A DNA stretch of 63,315 nt, the filler included, from Psammoneis japonica (Eukaryota), in assembly GCA_008632985.1 (NCBI GenBank). It is 3 parts of 3 records of this genome, joined end to end, with 100 filler letters (N's around TTAATTAATTAA, not from the genome) between each part and the next. Parts side by side here need not be neighbours in the genome. Positions count along the whole stretch, not along the records: positions 42,776 to 63,315 come from QPGO01000447.1; 2 more parts are not named here. One strand, given 5' to 3'. Numbering within the stretch: the first letter of the stretch is position 1; each line of letters begins with the position of its first letter. The position numbers were made by a program, and so were the translations under genes. Shown here one piece after another: positions 57,615 through 63,315 of this stretch. Under the pieces are notes generated by a model. It made no database searches. It saw only the letters and a program-made list of their open reading frames with translations, and was not told where the DNA came from.

Positions 57615-59843
57615 ACTTCGGCATGAATTCCAGCCCCACCCAGTGCCTCTTTCTCGCACCAAACCTCCATCAACACTGTTGACTGGTCTAACGGTTTGTT
57701 TAATGCTGAGGTTGTGGGACAAACTTGTGCAAGTGTGCTAGAGGCATGGCTTTGGTCATGCGACAGGTGTTGCAGATCCATTCTGTTTCAGTTCTCCCTT
57801 CACTCCAAGAGTTTCTCTCTTTCTGTTGCTCTCACCATTCCAAATTCTTGGTTTAAATGTTCCCTGGGCCATCACATGTTGAGGGAAGGCACTTGGTCAA
57901 GGAGGGCAAGGGCAACCAATCATTGAAATGAAGGTTTGTGCAGTGCATCTCCCCTCAACGCATCACCACACATCCAGTGTGCAGTGGAGGCATCAATGTG
58001 TCACAAGCCCTTGTTCTTAACAGCAACAAACTTTGTCTGCCATCTTTTAAGTCACTCTTCTGTGGCTGTCATGATGACCTCTCCACCCTGTGCTTCTGTG
58101 ACCTCAAATCATCTTGTTCCACACAAACAGCACTGGCTCTTAAAGCAGGGGTGAAATGTCAGCATTTCACTCCTGGAACATCTTCAAGATCAAGAGAAAC
58201 TCACTTTTTGCTGACCCTGAGCAACAAGAAACCAGCAGCACCCAAACAAGATTCTCTGAAGGCCATGTGATGACCAGCCAGAGCAGCAGCTGCTGCTGCA
58301 AAATGTGACAAGCTGCAAGAATGCACAACAAGCAGGAGGGTGGACAAAATGCATGTGATGCAGCGGCACAAACTCTGACAAGAGCCAAGGAGTGTGAAAG
58401 ACAAAATGCCTTTCTGGTTGGTGCCAATGAAAACCAGTTGCACTTTTCTGTTGAGCCATCTGGGTCAAGTGCACACCACAGATCAGCTGCAGAGCTTGCC
58501 AAGCTCCTGTTGCCCCAGCAGCAAACTCTCACTCATCAGTGCACTGGCAGAACCCAGTGCACCAAAGATGTTGCAACTCAGCAGGCACACCCAGATCTCT
58601 CCTCACTCATTTGCTGGCTCACTCAACTTGATTGCGGCCAACTCTGAAGAGCCAGAGGGTGCAAAAAGCCACGCTGCTGAAGAAAGTGCACTGCCACCAT
58701 GCATCAGTTTTTGCTGAAAGTTGAAGTCAGAAATTCAAACACCTGGAACACCCCAGTTTGTTGAGCAAATTCCACTGGTCTCACCTTGTCCCAGGACAAA
58801 TGGAGCCCACAATGAAACAAAGAACAAACAATTTGTGCCTTCTCTTCTTGTCATGGTGCCAATGACACTTTGCAAATTTTTGTGGACAAACAAAGAACAA
58901 ACAATTCTGCTTTTCTTCTTGTCATGGTGCCAATGACACTTGGCAAATTTTTGTGGACAAATGTGGCAGACTGTCTCTGAAAACTTGAATTTGAAATTGT
59001 CCGTCCTTGTTCCACTTGCAGTGGGGTTGGATGCAAAAGGTGTCAAAGCAAGTTTGGTCCAATCCAAGAAGTTGCTTTTCACATCAGGATCAGGGTGGAC
59101 ATGAGCTGTCATGATGGTTGTGACAACTCTGACACCATCACACGATGGCAAACTTTGTGATTGCCCTCTGAAGGCTTGTGGATGTGAGGCATGTTTCACC
59201 CAGTTCAGATGGGGTTGAGACCTTGAGGGCAGCTCTGTTGATGATGTCTTGAACTGCCTCCTGTTCATTTGTCAGGTCTTGGGCAAAGGGTGTGATGCTC
59301 TTCTGAATGATGTGCTCTCAAAAGACATCAAGAAATCAGACTTGGGGACAGCGCAGCTTNTTCAAAGACACAGTCTGACTCAGAGCCATCCAGGTCAAAT
59401 GCACCTCACAGATCAGCTGCAGAGCTTGACATGCTCCTGTTGCCAGCAGCAAACTCTCACTCAGCACACTGGCAGAACCCAGTGCACCAAAGATGCTGCG
59501 ACTGAGCAGGCACATCCAGATCTGTCATTTGTTTGCTGGCTCACTCAACTTGGTTGCCACCAACCGAGGAGCCAGAGGGTGCAACAAGAAGCCACGCTGC
59601 TGAAGAAAGTGCACTGCCACCATGCATCAGTTTTTGCTCAAAAGTTGAAGTCAGAAATTCAAACACCTGGAACACCCCCGTTTGTCGAGCAAATTCCACT
59701 GGTCTCACCTTGTCCCAGGACAAATGGAGCCCACAATGAAACGAAGAACAAATGTTTTATGCCTTCTCTTCTTGTTGTCACCAACACTTGGCAAATGTTC
59801 GTGGACAAACGGACAGACTGTCCTGAAAACTTGAATTTGAAAC
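57615..59843. mobile_element. Intergenic TpA/CpG-depleted repeat relic with a diverged direct repeat (58453-59005 and 59383-59852)
   Basis: Compositional signature; two copies of gagccatc..cagatcagctgcagagcttg..cttgaatttgaaa. Confidence 0.65.
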
Positions 59844-59915
59844 TATCCGTTCTATTATATTCCACTCTGATCGATTCCGAATTACGATTGTATTAACCAA
59901 ACGACAGCGTTCACC

Positions 59916-61319
59916 ATGTTCTCTTTGCTTTTCGGCGCCAAGAATTCCTCCAAAGGCGTTGGATATGGCGGAAATAAGGCTCGAGATTTAGCGAAACGAA
60001 AAGAAGGACGAGAAAAAGCCGCGGCCCAACAATCGACACGCGAAGCGACCAAACTTGCCTTTCTGATTCGAACCGCCTCGCTGCTGCGTCACGGAAGCCT
60101 CGACACTGACCAAAAGAATGATCTTGTGGCTACGCTGAAGGACATTTTTCGAAACCAAGTCCCGTCGGAATGGAGTGTTCGCAAGAAGACTCTGGTGGTT
60201 GCCTTGACGTGTTTTGGATTGATGCTCAAGAATAACTGTTCGGAGCTCGTTGGTGGTCTCCAGGACAGCGAGTCTCTCGCCTTTGCCTTTGACAACCTTG
60301 CACAACACGCCCACTTTCTTAGCCAGCACAGTTGTGGGAAAGAGCATGCCCGTTTGGTCGAGCGAATTCTCGCTTTGCGGTCGACCTTGGAAGGAGGATC
60401 GTATCACGAAAGCAAGACGGCCTGCGACACTGTGGACCTCACAATGGAGGATTCTAGCCATGTTCACTATTATCGCAAGACTCTATTGCCGTTGTGTTTT
60501 GACTTTTGCTCCAATTTCACGACCACGCGTTTTCCAAACAATCCCAATCCAACCAGCTTGATACCCGAAAGCTCTTTCAAGAGCTATCAGCCTTTCGAAC
60601 GTCTCTTCCCGTCGAGAACGGCTCGAGTATTTTTGTACGCGCTCAGGAAGGTCGAATGGATCTTTTGCGTGCACTCATTGTCGGTCCAACAGACACACCC
60701 TATGCGAATGGGTGCTTTCTATTCGACATTTGGCTCGACGATTATCCCAACAAGCCCCCAAAAGTCAGGTTTCGAACGACTGGAGGTGGCAAAGTCGTCT
60801 TTAATCCCAACCTTTATGCAGACGGAAAGGTGTGTCTGAGTTTACTGGGAACGTGGCATGGACCCGGGTGGGTCAAGGGCGAAAGCACCCTATTGCAAGT
60901 GCTAGTGAGCATTCAGTCGCTCGTTTTGGTGGCGGAACCAATCTACAACGAACCAGGCGTAGAGCCTCTAATCAGAGTGCTGGGACGGGAATCCAAGAGT
61001 GCCATCACCTACAATGCCAATGTTCGACGAAAGACGCTCCTTCACGCCGTGTTGCCCTTTATCCATGGATCCGCTGCTCTCTATCCGAGTTCCTACTCGT
61101 CATGCAACAGCACTTTTGTCTCAAAAAGCAGCAGCTTCAACGACAACTAGTTCGGTGGACAAATGACGACTCTTCTCTTGCCAGCATTGCAGAGGAAGTA
61201 TCCACCAAGCTATCACGAAGATCCAAACGGACCAAGGAGTGGGAATTGACTGAAGACGACGACCATTGCGTGGACGTTTCGCGCAAGAGATTCAAATTTC
61301 TGGAGGAGCGACCAGTATG
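59916..61319 (+). CDS. BIRC6/UBE2O-like ubiquitin-conjugating (E2) domain protein; frame breaks near 60510 and 61085
   Basis: GVGYGG; RMDLLRALIVGPTDTPYANGCFLFDI; FNPNLYADGKVCLSLLGTW (catalytic Cys); STLLQVLVSIQSL. Confidence 0.88.
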
Positions 61320-61543
61320 AAGGCGATATTGCTGTGAGGCCCTGGCAGACGGGTCAGATCAACAGAATTCATTCATTCGGTGTAGTAGTCGTAACAGTAG
61401 CCATGAACATCTTTCTAACCCATACAGCTCACAGCAAGGACAAAATTGCTCACAGTCCCGCTGTTGTCGAGGCGAAGTCAAACAGTAGCTTTCTATTAAG
61501 ACAGATCCTCTGCACCGATTAATGTGTGCAGTTAAGTAATCTA

Positions 61544-63315
61544 TTACACCTGAGGTCCGTAATGAGCGTAATCGACATTTCCCTTTCCGGCATACTTTTC
61601 AAAATTTTTCACATACTTTACCGCCAATTTCTTGGCGGCCTCATCATACTCGTTGGAATCAGGCCAGGTGTTCCTGGGGTTCAGAAGGTGAGCATCGACT
61701 CCGTCCAACTCCTTGGGAATCTCAAACCCAAAGTATGGGTCCATCTCCGTTTCTGCATCATGAATCGTTCCATTCAAAATTGAATCAATACAAGCCCGAG
61801 TCGTCGTGACAGACATGCGTTCTCCCACCCCGTACGGACCACCGGACCACCCGGAATTGACCAAGTACGCGCTAGAATTGTGTTGCTCCATCTTTTCTCG
61901 GAGCAAATCGGCATAACGGGTAGGATGTAAAGTCAAGAATGCTGCACCAAAGCAAGCTGAAAAGGTGGGAATCGGTTCAGTAATGCCATGCTCTGTGCCA
62001 GCCACCTTGGCAGTGTATCCGAGATGAAGTGGTACATGGCTTGTCCCGACGACAACTTGGCCACAGGAGGCAAGACACCGAAAGCATCGCACAATAGGAA
62101 AATGATATTCTTGGGGTGACCCGCCGTTTGTGGCTTGTGCTACAGAAGGATGAGCAGGTGAGTTAAGTCTCGTGAAACGTCAGCCCCCATCAATCCTGCT
62201 TAATCGTACATGTTTGACTCACATGATTCGGAACGTGGAAAATGGGATACGACACACGTCCATTCTCCGTTTTCGATACGTCAAAGTAGTCGGGAACAAG
62301 CTTGTCTCCTCCCTCCTCCACAAGAGACACGTTTTCCAACAATGCGTCCGTCTTTATGGCACGATAGATATCTGGTTTGTTCTTTTCCATGAGATTGATA
62401 GTCTTGGCATAATTTCCGCCTTCAAAATTAAAAATCCCATCGTCATCCCATCCGATTTCGTCGTCACCAATCAAAGCACGGTTAGGATCAGCACTAAGAG
62501 TTGTTCTACCTGTTCCAGACAAGCCAAAAAAGAGTGCTGCATCCCCGTCCTTGCCGACATTGGCAGAGCAGCGCATGGGAAAGTCGCCATCCATGGGCAA
62601 CCAATAATTCATCAAGGAAAATATACCCCTTCTGGTTTCATCGCCACACCACGTTCCAAAAATGACGGCACATTTCTTTTCAATGTTAAAGACCACCGCC
62701 GTGTCGCTGTGGAGTCCGTGTCGTTCAAAGTCATTGTCAACTTGGGAACAGCAAATAATGACGGTAAAGTCAGGTTCAAAGTCTTTTAGTTCCGACGCAT
62801 CTTGTGGACGAACAAACATGTTGGTGACAAAGTGTTGTTGCCACGCCATTTCGTGAACAAACCGAATCTTTCGCTGGGACTTGGCACCGCAATACCCATC
62901 AAATACATAGGCCGAATCACGTGTATTGAAATGAGCAACAGCCTTGTCGTATAATTCACCAAACACCTCTGGGCTTGTCGGCTGATTGACTTTGCCCCAA
63001 TCCAAATTGAAATCAGACTCGGAACCCTCGTTCTTTACAATCCACTTGTCCTTGGGAGATCGTTCCGTAAATTTGCCAGTATCAATACAAAAGGTATCGC
63101 CATATTCTGCAGCAGCCACAACACCCTCTTGATTGGCCTGTTCGTGCTCAAAGAGCTCTTGAAACGTCAAGTTGCGATAAATAGTGGACGGACCCGTAAT
63201 CCCCAAGGAATCCAGACCCACCCGGAGACAGGCGTCCGTGGCTTGGATCGTTTGAGCAACCTTGTAGTCGTCACGGGGATTGTCGCTAGAAGAACCAGAC
63301 GAGACGGTGCTCTCA
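61544..63315 (-). CDS. PEPCK: ATP-dependent phosphoenolpyruvate carboxykinase homologue, 5'-partial, intron 62222-62140, frameshift near 62020, degenerate active site (possible pseudogene)
   Basis: [71 protein letters not shown]. Confidence 0.9.

Noticed and set aside
38553..62030. Cluster of frameshifted genes as mass pseudogenisation or programmed frameshifting
   Set aside because: Breaks are mostly 1-nt losses in short runs within otherwise intact, unrelated genes, typical of long-read consensus errors; needs a read check.

Overview
Eukaryotic genomic DNA, most likely a pennate diatom (bipartite signal+F plastid presequence, short GT-AG introns, CoDi-type Ty1/copia). It has two 100-bp scaffold linkers (N..TTAATTAATTAA..N). 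Bases 1-21993 are a dead-repeat block: two tandem copies of a copia element carrying a nested insert, a 17/17/20-bp satellite and further TE relics. The remainder is gene-rich (sHSP, class-3 lipase, CLC, a large CE4 deacetylase, a plastid protein, S28 peptidase, class-V PLP enzyme, a 5-exon Cys-rich peptide, METTL21-like, a 7-repeat membrane protein, M64 peptidase, BIRC6-like E2, degenerate PEPCK) with three intergenic repeat relics. The main signal is that all old repeat DNA has lost almost every TpA dinucleotide, converted to TpG/CpA on both strands (copia Tyr codons became Cys/His, YVDD became CMDD). Neighbouring genes and a young nested Harbinger-type MITE keep normal TpA. This looks like a repeat-targeted A:T>G:C hypermutation system running in the opposite direction to fungal RIP. 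Many host genes carry single-base frameshifts that look like assembly indels.
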